Assembly: GCF_009914755.1 (NCBI RefSeq)
Contig: NC_060926.1
DNA from: the human T2T-CHM13v2.0 reference genome, Homo sapiens
Direction: 5' to 3' (one strand)
DNA length: 64,000 bases
Under the pieces are notes generated by a model. That model was not told the origin of the DNA. It saw only the letters and a program-made list of their open reading frames with translations, and made no database searches. The position numbers and the translations under genes are program-made. This document shows, piece after piece, positions 37,264-49,599 of the stretch (position 1 is the first letter of the stretch; each line of letters begins with the position of its first letter).

Positions 37264-38541
37264 AAAAGAGGCCCTTATAAGAGGCCCATGGTACTGGTAC
37301 CAAAACAGATATATAGACCAATGGAACAGAACAGAGCCTCAGAAATAACACCACACATCTACAACCATCTGATCTTTGATAAACCTGACAAAAACAAGAA
37401 ATGGGGAAAGAATTCCCTATTTAATAGGGAAAACCTAGGCAATACCATTCAGGACGTAGGCATGGGCAAAGACTTTATGACTAAAACACCAAAAGCAATG
37501 GCAACAAAATCCAATATAGACAAATGGGATCCAATTAAACTAAAGAGTTTCTGCATGGCAAAAGAAACTACCATCAGAATGAACAGGCACCTGCAGAATG
37601 GGAGAAAATTTTTGCAATCTACCCATCTGACAAAGGGCTAATATCCAGAATCTACAAAGAACTTAAACAAATTTACAAGAAAAAAAACAACCCCATCAAA
37701 AAGTGGGCAAAGGATATGAACAAACACTTCTCAAAAGAAGACATTTATGAAGCCAACAGACACATGAAAAAATGTTAATCATTACTTGTCATCAGAGAAA
37801 TGCAAATCAAAACCACAATGAGATACCATCTCACACCAGTTAGAATGGCGATCATTAAAAAGTCAGGAAACAACAGATGCTGGAGAGGATGTGAAGAAAC
37901 AGGTACGCTTTTACACTGTCAGTGGGAGTGTAAATTAGTTCAACCATTGTGGAAGACAGTGTGGCGAATCCTCAAGGATCTAGAACTAGAAATGCCATTT
38001 GACCCAGCCATCCCATTATTGGGTATATACCCAAAGGATTATAAATCATGCTACTATAAAGACACATGCACACGTATGTTTATTGTGGCACTATTTACAA
38101 TAGCAAAGACTTGGAACCAACCCAAATGTCTATCAATGATAGACTAGATTAAGAAAATGTGGCATATGTACACCACGGAATACTATGCAGCCATAAAGAA
38201 GGATGAGTTCATGTCCTTTGCTGGGACATGGATGAAGCTGGAAATCATCATTCTTAGCTAAGTATCACAAGGACAGAAAATCAAACACCGCATGTTCTCA
38301 CTCATAGGTGGGAACTGAATAATGAGAACACTTGGACATAGGCCGGGGAACATCACACACAGGGGCCTGTCGGGGTGGGAGGCGGGGGAAGGAATAGCAT
38401 TAGGAGAAATACCTAATGTAAATGATGAGTTGATGGGTGCAGCAAACCAACATGGCACATGTATACCTATGTAACAAACCTGCATGTTGTGCACATGTAC
38501 CGTAGAACTATATATATATATATTAAAAAAGAGGCCCTTAT
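37264..38541 (+). mobile_element. 5'-truncated L1PA6-like LINE-1 with 15-bp TSD and internal deletion
   Basis: TSD AAAAGAGGCCCTTAT at 37264-37278 and 38527-38541 following TTT; ORF2p fragments; gagttgatgggtgcagcaaaccaacatggc 3'UTR. Confidence 0.93.
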
Positions 38542-38699
38542 GGTAGCTGTCTCAGGAATGCCTATTTTGTATAAAACAACTAACTGTAACTACTTATTAC
38601 ATAAGCATTTGCTTCATTTTTCAATGCCATTCTTGTAAAAGTCAATAGATTTTAATAAGGTATTTGTTAGTGTGAGTGTTTTAAATAAAAGGAAGACAT

Positions 38700-39700
38700 T
38701 TAGATAATGTAAAATAATATATTCAAATTTTATTATTATTCAAGCATAGCCTAGAAAAAATTGAAACACAAATGCAGGTGGAACTTTTTCTACTAGATAT
38801 TGAAATGTATTATAGGTAGGATTTTAAATCTGTAGGAAAAGGTGTAGTGGTCAGTAAATTTTGATGGAACAAATGTCTATGCATTCAAAAAAAATTAGAA
38901 CACTGTCTTACTCCTTATGCCAAAAACAATTATATATTTATGTCTGTTTGCAAACAAAATTTAATTTACTCAGAAATAATATAGGAGAACATCATTTGTA
39001 ATTCTCTTCTAAGCTTGACAAGAAGCTATAAAGAAAAAGATGTAAATACAAATTCAAGTAATTAACATTGTAAGAAATAAAGTTAAAAAACATAAACATT
39101 TCTCACATTAGTAAATATTAAATAGCTTTCTGTCAGTAAAAAAGCTCTTATCAACTTCATATAAAAGCCGCCAAAGAATTCAATAGGTAATTCACAGATT
39201 GAGAAGTAGAAATATCCAAACATAAGAAATGTGTTGCATTTTACAAGTGATTAGACAAATACATTTAAAACAACAAATGGAATGAATTTTTATCTGTCAG
39301 AGGCATATGAATGAAAGCAAATTAAAAAAGAGATGCATGCAGTATTAGAAAGCCTGTAGGAGGTAGCTTAATCTCACGTACTGTTGGAACTTGGTACCAC
39401 CTTCTGAAGGGCAGAACTATTAAAATTTAAAAGTTGCCTGCTGTTTAACCTAGCAGTTCTGCTTCTGGGAATCTCTCTTAGGAATACTATTATAATAGCA
39501 GAATACTAGAATACTATGATATTAGTATAAAAATGAGAATAGTCACTGCAGCGTATTTTTTTTTTTAGCAGAATAACAAAACCTGAAGATAAATTTACAT
39601 ATTCAGGATTAGGGGAATATTTGGGGAAGTTTCCTTCATCCATACTGTTTAATTAAAATTGAATTTAACTATAAGGAAGCACATACACACAAATTAAATA
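38700..39700 (+). mobile_element. Highly decayed L1ME ORF2 relic
   Basis: aataggtaattcacag, ctgtttaacctagcagttctgcttctgggaatct. Confidence 0.55.
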
Positions 39701-39941
39701 ATACAAAAATAGAAGAATATTTCTCTGTCATGTGAATTTGAGTGTCAGTATGCCATCTCTATTTCACGAAGCCCTCAGGGACCCAGATTATCCGTTTCAC
39801 TGCCTGCCATCTATATGATATGGCTCCTCATTTTCATGGTCCAGCTGGGAAGTAACCACATTCAAGATGTAGAATGGAACAATGTACGAGGCAGAAAAAG
39901 GGGCAAGGGGGTCTTAGTATTTTTTAAAAAAAGATCTAGAG

Positions 39942-40165
39942 CAAGCTTGTCCAGCCCATGGGGGTGGGCTGCATGTGGTCCAGGACAGCTTTGAATGTGG
40001 CCCAACACAATTTGTAAACTTTCTTAAAACATGAGATTTTTTTTTTTTTTTGCTATTTTTTAGCTCATCAGTTATCATTAGTGTTAGATTATTTAATGTG
40101 TGGCCCGCCCAAGACAATTCTTCTTCTGATGTGTCCCACAGAAGCCAAAAGATTGTACAACCCTG
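39942..40165 (-). mobile_element. MER30 hAT-Charlie DNA transposon inserted in an old MaLR-like LTR (about 39720-40340)
   Basis: Termini caagcttgtcc / tgtacaaccctg; 8-bp TSD atctagag (39934-39941) / atctaaag (40166-40173). Confidence 0.9.
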
Positions 40166-42143
40166 ATCTAAAGGGTTGCAGAAAAAATGTCTGTTTACAT
40201 GGTATTGGTCAGAACGTAGTCACATGGCCAAGCTTAACAGCAAGGATGTAGTCTTTATTCTAAATGGTCATTTGACCAACTAAAAATTGTATTGCTTTAG
40301 ACAAAGGGATAACAGATACTGGTAAGAAGCTGATGGTCTCTGCTGAACATACTGTAAATAAAGTAGCCATTAGTGTATTACTTGAAAGAATGATTTTAAA
40401 ATACAGTTAAGTTAAAGAGCAATTTTTAGAAGCCTATTTATATATCATGACCTCTCTTTGACTCAGTTTGGCATCAATAAAGTAATAACAGTAAATATTT
40501 CACATAATTGTCATAAAGATTCAGTTATACATTTTATATTAAGTGCAAAGAATAGTGCTTGGCACATAGCAAATGATTGATATGTGTTCATTATCATGAT
40601 TGTCTAAAAATACTATCATATAAGTGGATAAGTATATGTGTATGGAATTACATTTCACTCTTTGTTCATTTTTGTATTTAAAACATTTTTCAAGATGTAC
40701 TACTTTTATTTATTTGTAACCTAGTAAAATATCCAGCTGAATGAGAGACAGAAGGAACATGCTTACATATTTTCTATAGATATATCTTTTTAAGATTTAA
40801 AATAACTTCCAAAAAAGAGTAATAATCAAGAGAAATTAGAATATGTTATATAGTGGTTGTAACTTTTGAATTATCTCAGGATTAAAAGTTTTAGGCATTT
40901 TGGCATGGTGGTATAAGCAGTAGATTGAAGAATGGCAGACTTGACTTATAAATGTTACCTCTTGTTCTAACTAGTTGGAATATTTGAAGACAATTCATCT
41001 CTCTAAGTAAAAGGTATTTTTCTATAACAAAAGATGATGTCAAAAATAGTTTAATATTAGAACCTTGCTGAAGTTCTTTCGCTTAGCAGTTTGTCAAGTT
41101 TTATGACTTTAAAGAGGTTCCAGAAACACTATGAGCCTCAGCTTCCTCATCTGAAAAGTCATGATTTCTATAGGACAAATGTCTATTGTCTTGTACAAAT
41201 TAGATATTTAATAAATCATACTTTATTTCTCACTTGTCTCTCTGATCTTCAATTTCTTCATAGTAAAATTAGAACTACAAAATGGGTATCTTATTCTAGA
41301 TGATATTCTAGGTTCTAACCAGTCAGAATATCTTGTATTTTAAAATAAAGCACAGTTTAGTAAATACACATATTACTAATCAAGAAGCGGTAGAGTAAAA
41401 TCAATAAGAAAGCTCAAATGAATGGAAATACAAACCTACTGCATTTTGAGGACTTATAGTAATAGCTTGCTTTAGAGGAAAAGATATCTCAATAGCAGGA
41501 AAATGTAGTGTTTTTTAAAATCCTCAAGTGGACATTCACAGCCTTCCCCTATGTTCCTTAGATATGACTTTGGATTCTGCTTTTGATGTAATGGCTCTGG
41601 GCAAGAAAAATCCATCTCTGATCGTTGGAGCACCTGGTACATCTATCTGCCCCAGAGGAGGGATCAGAGCTAAGCATAACTCACAAAGGGCAACAACTGA
41701 ATGGTAGAGTTGAGACTGCTCTTGTAAAGCACTGGATCAAGAGAAGAGGACCTAGAATATATGAGAAATCAGTGAGGCTGCTTCTTACTCACTGACAGGC
41801 AAAACTGTAGGAGATAATTGGCAGTTCCTGGAAAGATCTATGAAAATACACTTGGAAGTAGTAGGAAGAAAGGCAGGGAAGAAAGCGGACAGGTAGAAGG
41901 ACAATTTGACAGTCTTTAGCATACAGTGGTGATGGTTTATTAATCTTTGTAAAACTTAATAAATTCCTGGCTCATAGAAACCATTCTTTATCTGATGGTT
42001 GAATTTGGAAAATCTTAAAGGAGGGAAATCTGAGGAAGGTACGTAGAGTTAGAGGAAAGCCATGATAATTGCATGTATCGAGCAATAGTTAGAGACCAGG
42101 AACTAACTGTGCTGGGTGGTTTGGAATATCAGTTCATTTTTCA

Positions 42144-42154
42144 CCACACACAAA

Positions 42155-42191
<37 letters not shown>
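42144..42191. repeat. (CA)n microsatellite
   Basis: Direct read. Confidence 0.95.
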
Positions 42192-42193
<2 letters not shown>

Positions 42194-43701
42194 CCTCTGA
42201 GGAAGCAGTATTCTCTTTTTAAAGCTGAAGACATCGAGCCTTGTAGAAGTTATTTACCTATGATTATTCAGAACATCATTTGAAGTGAGCATTCATGTTC
42301 AAATTGTATGGCCTTGGGTTTTTTATTGTTGTTATTTTCTTTTGTTTTTACCAAACTATCCCTTTATACCTTGTCAATTCTTCCTCTTCCCCTAAGGTAG
42401 TCACTAACTAAATATTTAGGAAAAGTGCTATTTAAAATGCAAGGTGCTAGGGGTTTTCCTAAAAACTAGGAAGAAGCTTGTGATATAAAGCCCAATCTTG
42501 AATAATCTTGATAAAATATAATGAAACTTTAAAATATAAATTTATCTTATCCAAATTCTTCTATTATGATTTTATTGACTTGATATATCAACAATTTTAG
42601 AATTTATGAAATTCTTGCCCCAACTTTTTATGAAAGCTGCTAATGACAATTAAATTTCAAGCCCTCTTTTTATCACTAATTTATTTATGTTGGAGAGTTT
42701 CATCAAGTAATAGTTAAAGAAATCCCAAAATATATTGAAAAGTATGACAGTAAATGTACATAAGACAGAAAACTGAAGAAGAGAAGAATATTGAATATTC
42801 CAAACAATGGTAAGGTTTGGGTTGTATTTTAATAATATTTCAATTCTTAAGTATAAACAAGTATAATTATGTCTTTCTGTGAAGGATTTTTAGAAAGTTT
42901 ATTGCAAGAGCTTCTTGTAAACTTCATCCATTGGTCCAAAAATAACATGATATCATTTAATCATTCAATAATTGATGTTTTAATTTATTTACACAAATGG
43001 TATTTTACTTTTTTTCTGTTATCTCTTTTCTCTGGCATTTTTCATTATTGTTTTGATCGGATAATTAATGGCATAGGTGTTTATTTAGAAGTGTTTTCCG
43101 TTTCAGGGTACTCTGAAAAAAAGCCCACTTTTATTGCAGAAAAGTGCCCTTCAACAATTAACTGTTAAGTGCTAGTGCAAATTAAAGCTCCACACAGGTA
43201 GATAAATGAATCTGTCACACATATAATTGCCAGGCAAAGTGGTTACACTTTTAGCCATTTTCATTTGTTTGCTAATGCAGCTTTCCATTCTAAAATGATA
43301 AATCATTATTTGTGAAGCAGGCATTTCCTCTCTAGCTAAAGAATATGTTTCCCATTGTTAATATAGACTGTTTTAGGGTTTTAAGGAAAGAAAAGGAGTG
43401 AGGGGAGTCAATGGTGTAAAATGTCTTTTTTTCTCCCCTTTATGATGCAGGCTCCTGGTAGATGATTTATAGTTCTTCATGAACCAAAATAAATTTAAGG
43501 AAAAGAATGTATATGCTCCAGATGACACATAGACACAGCTGAATACTATAACCACAGAAAAAGTAACTCTTGAGGTCACAGAATTTGAAATCTGTATGAA
43601 ATGTGCAAAAAATGTTTTAAGAACAGCTCACCTTTACATTGCAGCCCGCTGCTTTTTATACTGTGTCTACAGAGAGCTGCTGATTTTAATGTTTCAAAGA
43701 T

Positions 43702-43770
43702 CTTTCTTCTTTTTTTCTTTTTCTTTTCCTTTTCCTTGTTTTTTTTTTTTTTTTTTTTTTTTTTTTTGTT
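43702..43770. repeat. T-rich/poly(T) tract
   Basis: Direct read; no attached retroelement body recognised. Confidence 0.9.
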
Positions 43771-44635
43771 CTGGCAACATGATAGTGAGAAAATTGTTTT
43801 CATGGACAAACTAATATAGTTTCTGATAAACCCATGATACAACCTGAAAACAAATGATTTAGCAGTCTACATTTCAGTCTGCTGCAATAAATTGAAGAGC
43901 CTGAGGCTAGGTAAGCTTTGGTACTTAAATGTCAGCACTTGGTTCAGGAGTTCTATTTACATAATCTGTTTACTAATTGCTGACTCAGTGCATTTTTATA
44001 ATGTGGAGCTTTGAACAGTCTGATTTTTAAGTCAGCTTTCATTCTAGCTTGTGAGCCTAAAAGAAGGAAAGTGGCAACCACTTAATGAGGAGACAAAATG
44101 GTGACGGTCATTGATTTGGTTATGAGTGAAAATAGCTGTATTGAAGGTATCACCACGTCCCCTCAAATCAGTCTCCATCATTTTCTGGACTCGCAACAGA
44201 GTTTGGATGTGTGAGACATTCACATAAATCACTCTAATCACACATTATCTGTGAACTTTGGAGTAGTAGTTTGCACCATTTGTAAATTTGCATTGTAGGC
44301 AGAAGTTTCGATTGGAGATTTCAGTTTACAGTTGTCCTTTTCAGAAAGGGCAATTCTCAGAAAGTCCATGAGTGACTATAACTGAAGAATAATTCAGGGA
44401 AATGAGGTAGAAAAATCCCCAAATTCATCATGGCTAACTGTATTTAAATTAAAAATGTTTTTGATGTTTACTTAAGGAAAAGCACTTGGTAGAGAGAAGT
44501 CCTTGACCACTTGGTAAGATAGTCAGGTATTACACAGGCAACATGACAACCATGATGAAAAATGTATAGAAATGCATTTCATGGAAACTAACTCAAGGAA
44601 TTCTTGTATATGTAAGAGTTGTTCTTTCTCTCCTA

Positions 44636-44700
44636 AATATATACATATATATATTTATATATATATATGTATATACACACACACACACACATATATATAT
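44636..44700. repeat. (TA)n(CA)n(TA)n microsatellite
   Basis: Direct read. Confidence 0.95.
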
Positions 44701-45328
44701 AAAGTCTTTCATTAAAGAGCTAATTATATCACAATACTTTGGCAAAATATCTGTTTTGCATCTTCAGTCATATTTTATCTCTTCCTGAAAATATCCTCTT
44801 AATTTTATCTATGCTCCTCTACTCTTTTAATGGAAAAAGAGAATGGATAAAATATATGTATAGGATTTTTATAAAAATGTGAGAAGTAGAAGAAATTTTT
44901 ATGATAAAATTTCACATTATGACACTCGATTCTTATGGAATATTATTGAAGGCCATAATTAAGTGACCCAGAATTGATCTCAATTAGATATACATCCATC
45001 TGGATAATTTCAGAGGCTTACAGTGCTATAGGAAATGGTCCAATGGTAGACAAACATATAGGCAATAAGCAGAAGCAAGAAGGGGAGATATTTTCTAATG
45101 TGGTTGTTAAGCATTAAAGATGCAAGCCAATTCTGTGTGGGTTATTCTACTAACAAAAGGTTAGATCTAGAAGAGAAGAGAAAATATTTGAAAATAAAAC
45201 CATAAAGTATTTTATAAATGAGCTAATTACATCATAACAAGTTTGGTAAAAAACTTGTGGTTTGCATCTTCACTCATATTTAATGTCCTTCCTGAAAATG
45301 TCCTCTTAATTTTTTATCAGTGTTCCTC
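44700..45328 (+). repeat. Diverged direct duplication of about 120 bp (copy A 44700-44818, copy B 45203-45328)
   Basis: Shared taaagt, gagctaatta, tttgcatcttca, cttcctgaaaat, tcctcttaatttt. Confidence 0.88.
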
Positions 45329-45806
45329 ATTCTTCAATTATCTAGCTCAAAAACTCATTCTTGCCAGAAAGATTTGCACATTTAAAATCATATTAAGAAA
45401 ATGATTTCTAATGTTCTCAGTATTTAAACAGCCAGTTTGGCCTATATTGTATTAACTAATATAGCTAAGAAAATAGGGCTAGACAAAAATTGGAGAGCCC
45501 AAAGAATGAAGGAAGGAATTGATAAGCTTCTTCAACATCAACATTAAAATAAAAATGAATCATCAATTTACTTCTGCAACCATCATGATATGGAACTTGA
45601 ATGACTCTAAAAAAATGGAATGAGTTGCCTGGTTAAATGATGATGGGAGCATGGGGACACTTTTCTGCTTCAGGGACTTTCTCTTGACAAGTGCCATTAT
45701 ACCACCATCACATTCTTTCTTTCAATATACCATGCTCCCAAAATCATATCACATAGTCTACTTACCCATTTTTTCCTTCCCATTTACACCTTTTCCACTT
45801 ACGTTC

Positions 45807-45807
<1 letters not shown>

Positions 45808-45837
<30 letters not shown>
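45808..45837. repeat. (CA)n microsatellite
   Basis: Direct read. Confidence 0.95.
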
Positions 45838-45839
<2 letters not shown>

Positions 45840-47519
45840 CAGGAGATTTGGACACATTTGAAGTTACATTCACTATAAATGCCAGTTTAAAGTGGAAAAA
45901 TTCCTTGTTTTAATACCTCCTAAGTAGTCATCTTTATTATATTTTTATATATAACCTATTCAAAATTCTGGACTGCACAAATATTCGGTGTATGTGTAAT
46001 CTCTGATTACTGCTGGCTCCAATAACTAATTGTTTCAAATAGGTTTCAGCAAAGTAATTTAATTAGAATTTGAATGAACGCTTATTTGAAGCCAACATTC
46101 AGGCTTTATTTCTGAAAATAGTGCCGTCCTTAATGATGAAGGGAAATACATAATAATTGAGTATTGTAATGACTCAAAATGAATTTGATATTTTAAGACA
46201 TTCAAGAGGTAGAGAGTGTTTAGAGATGAAAAAAGAGAGAAGAGAAGGAAAGAACACTGACATTTATAGCAATGTGATGTTAGCCAACGTTTCAGGATGC
46301 ATGTGGGGAGCTCAGTGTGTTACCCTATTTTATTGGAAAACACTTTTCTTCATAACCAAGGCTCACAGCAGAAGAATTTAATAATTCCTTAGTGACATTC
46401 TGCACTCTGACTCAAAAGAGCTTCTTTAAATGCTAATTCGCCTTCCTTACAACGGTTTCCTAGAGCAAATTCCCTGAGTGGAATTCAGGTTGCTTCCTTA
46501 GAAGATGATTTCATGATCTTCATTCAGAGAAGTTTCATTTCTAACAGGAGTCTCAGGTGAGACTCTCATTTTACAATTTCCTTTTATTTCCTCACTTAGA
46601 AGTAGATCACATGATAGGACTTTTCCCAAGTCTTTTTATCAATGATGTGAGAAAGAACTCTAATGCTGCTTAGAATTTAATTACTCTCTAGAATAGATGT
46701 AAAGAAAATAATGGCTTTTGCAAAGCTAAATAGCCTTTTTTGTCGGTTTTAGTTCTAGTTTTGTTACTTAAAAATATGCTTCTTGTTGCTTGGCATTCTG
46801 TCTTTAGGTATGCAATGCAGTTTGTTTTTCCTACACATCCAAAACTGCTGATACCCACTGTAGTAATCTTAGTTTCTTCAGGCTCTTGAGTTGAAGATGA
46901 TAAAGTCCTTAAAATATGGCTCTGCCAAAAATGGATATGGTTGGGATGCCAGTTATATACAAGAGAAACTTCTAATCACATTTTTCTTATTTTTTGATGG
47001 AGATGGTAACACAATTTTTAACAAAGAAAAGAAAATATTTTCACAGAAATAATTTCTCTTGGGACTTCTTGACATAGTTGTGACATGCAAAATGATGGAT
47101 GCCTATTCTAAAATATTTCTACAACCAGACCTTTTATTTTCAATTAGATACTGTATTTTGTTTGTTTGTTTGTGGTAAATCCAAAGACTGGGCTGCAAAT
47201 CAGGACCTCTGGGATTTGCTCTGGGCTTCACTGCAATTTTATGCATTTTGGCAATTTATTATGTTCAATTTAACACTTTGGGGTACACTTTGTATTTATC
47301 TCTAAATAGGCAGGAATTTTACTTCCCAACAATGTTGAGAGCTCAGTGGACGTAAATCGGGTCTTGTAACGCATTCATATTTCCGGAAGAATTTCCACAG
47401 ATGTGGCAAACAGAAGATAGTTGGTAATGTTTATTGAAAGAATAAATCAATCAGAGGATGAATGAACAATTTTATTAAATTGATGTCTTTATATACAAAT
47501 ATCTACCATACATAATCTT

Positions 47520-48711
47520 GTATGTTATGGTAGCTGCGATTAATGTGATGTCAAATTCTTTGCTACCTCTCTCCTTTTGAAATTTTTTACCATGAGTGAT
47601 TTATTGGACCAACTGGATACTGAAGTGATGTTCTTGGTTTTCTCAAGCTAGGTCATAAGAAGCTCTCTTAGAGCCCAGCCACCATGCCACGGAAAGCTCC
47701 AACCACATGGATAGACCATGTACTGGCTCTCTTTTTGGCCCTAGCTTAGCCCCCAGCTGAAAGCCAGCATCAATTTCTGGACATGTGTATCAGGATGAGT
47801 TCAATCAGGAAAGAGAAACCCTACAATTATTTGAACCTGGAAAGTTTCACAGGATTGAAGTAGTACGGGATTGACTAGTATGAAACAAAATATAAAGATA
47901 TAGGAATAGCAGATACAATATAAAATACAATAGCACATATTATACAGTATAATCTAGAACAATCATTACCACTGGTATTGAGATAGAATGTCAAAAACAG
48001 AGCTGGATCTCCGCTTCCACACCCCCAACAAGACCCCAAGACCTCCTGCCCCCTGAACCTGGGCTGGTCTGAGATCCAGTCCTTGTTGAATAAAGCATAG
48101 CTACTGAATGACAGAAAATGTCTGTAAATTGTCAGAAATCTGATACTAAGGAGTCAGGGAAAGCTGTTCACAGGGAGATGTCTCACCAGAGGTGCTCTAC
48201 TACAAAGCTGCCCAAGAAGTGTGCTGGGCAGAGCTGCTGCTGCTGGGTGCTGCAGATCAGCATGCACCGCAGGATTCAGGTGCTGGAGAAGCTGCACTGA
48301 TGTAGAAAACTACTGAGTAAGCAACACTGGAACTAGAAAGCAAAACCCTTTTCTCCTGTAATAGCTCTCCAATGACTTCTATTGACCAGACTCCAATGCC
48401 ATCTGGCAAACAGAAAAAACACTTTAAAAACCTAAATGCATTTCACAAAGCAGGCAAAAAGGGAGAATTTGGAGCTTAGTCAATACATTGATAACTGGTA
48501 CACTATGTGAATTAGCTATCCCGGACTGGCTGCTCAGTCAAGTTCTCAGTCAGCTCCAGAGCTGGCTGCTATCTGGTAGCTACTGCATCAGAAACCAAAA
48601 GTGAGAACCACTTGAGTCACCCCTCAAACAATGAGAGATAATAGTGTATTATCATTTTAATTCACTATGTTCTGTGGTGGTTTTATTACACAGCAATAGA
48701 CAACTGGAACA
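47520..48711 (+). mobile_element. MaLR LTR (MLT1F/G-like) split by a nested LTR
   Basis: cagccaccatgcc, ccccagctgaaagccagcatcaa, ends acacagcaatagacaactggaaca. Confidence 0.7.
47786..48502 (-). mobile_element. ERVL LTR41-like solo LTR nested in MLT1
   Basis: Minus strand starts tgtaccagttatcaatgtattg...agctccaaat; TG..CA ends; weak TSD acatg/ctatg. Confidence 0.6.
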
Positions 48712-49599
48712 TATGTTATCCGCTGTCATAACTTGTTACATCTTCCTTTTCCTTTCTACCTTAAGGCAACGAGGAGACATTTGGCAATTTTGAAATTCTA
48801 CTTTTCTAAGTCCCTAGTTACGTTTTAGAGATTTGCTTTTCACAAATGGAAGCAACAGCCTAAAAAAGACAATGCTGTTTATAACAAACAGTTGTACCCC
48901 ATATTCAACATTGCAATTTGGAGATCTTTTGGATTATATGTTACGTGTTGAGAGAATGTTTTGTAGATAGCATTTCCTATGGAGTGGCCCAATAGTATAT
49001 CTCAAAAATCACATTATTTGTAAGGAGCTGAAAAGGCTTTACTCAGTATACTGTGTCACTTCATATTACAAAAATTAAAGCAGCATCTATTGAGAAAATT
49101 ATATTTCTATAACATATGTAAGGAATTCTTGCCAAGAGGGTAAAATAAATACAAGTACTTGCTATGCTGTCTATACCTCAATAGAGATATATTAAAAGAG
49201 CTCAACTGGGTTTAAATATATGCCCTAAAGGTAGATTCAAGGACATATAATGACTTAATAGTAAGAACCACTGTGATGAATTCATATGCTGGTAAAACTT
49301 ATTCAAACTCCGGGGTAGAGATTTGATGAGCACTTTACTCCTGGGAGACTACAATACAACAGAATCCTTGGGGTACCTATTTTCCTAGAAGCATTTGGCT
49401 TTTCCTGCCACACTGTGCTAAAGCTTCATCACGGCTAGAGAATACAGACAATGATCATTTTCCTCTGGTCACCACAGCCACTGAATTTAGTAGACTATGT
49501 TTTCCATGCTTACACTGGTTTTCAAACCGAACCCATAGAGTCCGTGGGATTCCATAGGGTGGGATGATGTGAAGAGAAGATCTTAGTCATTGAATTTTA

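Noticed and set aside
43576-43842. Lys-rich and Phe-rich ORFs; also the Tyr/Ile-rich ORF 57691-57972
   Set aside because: Artefacts of poly(T) and (TA)n tracts.
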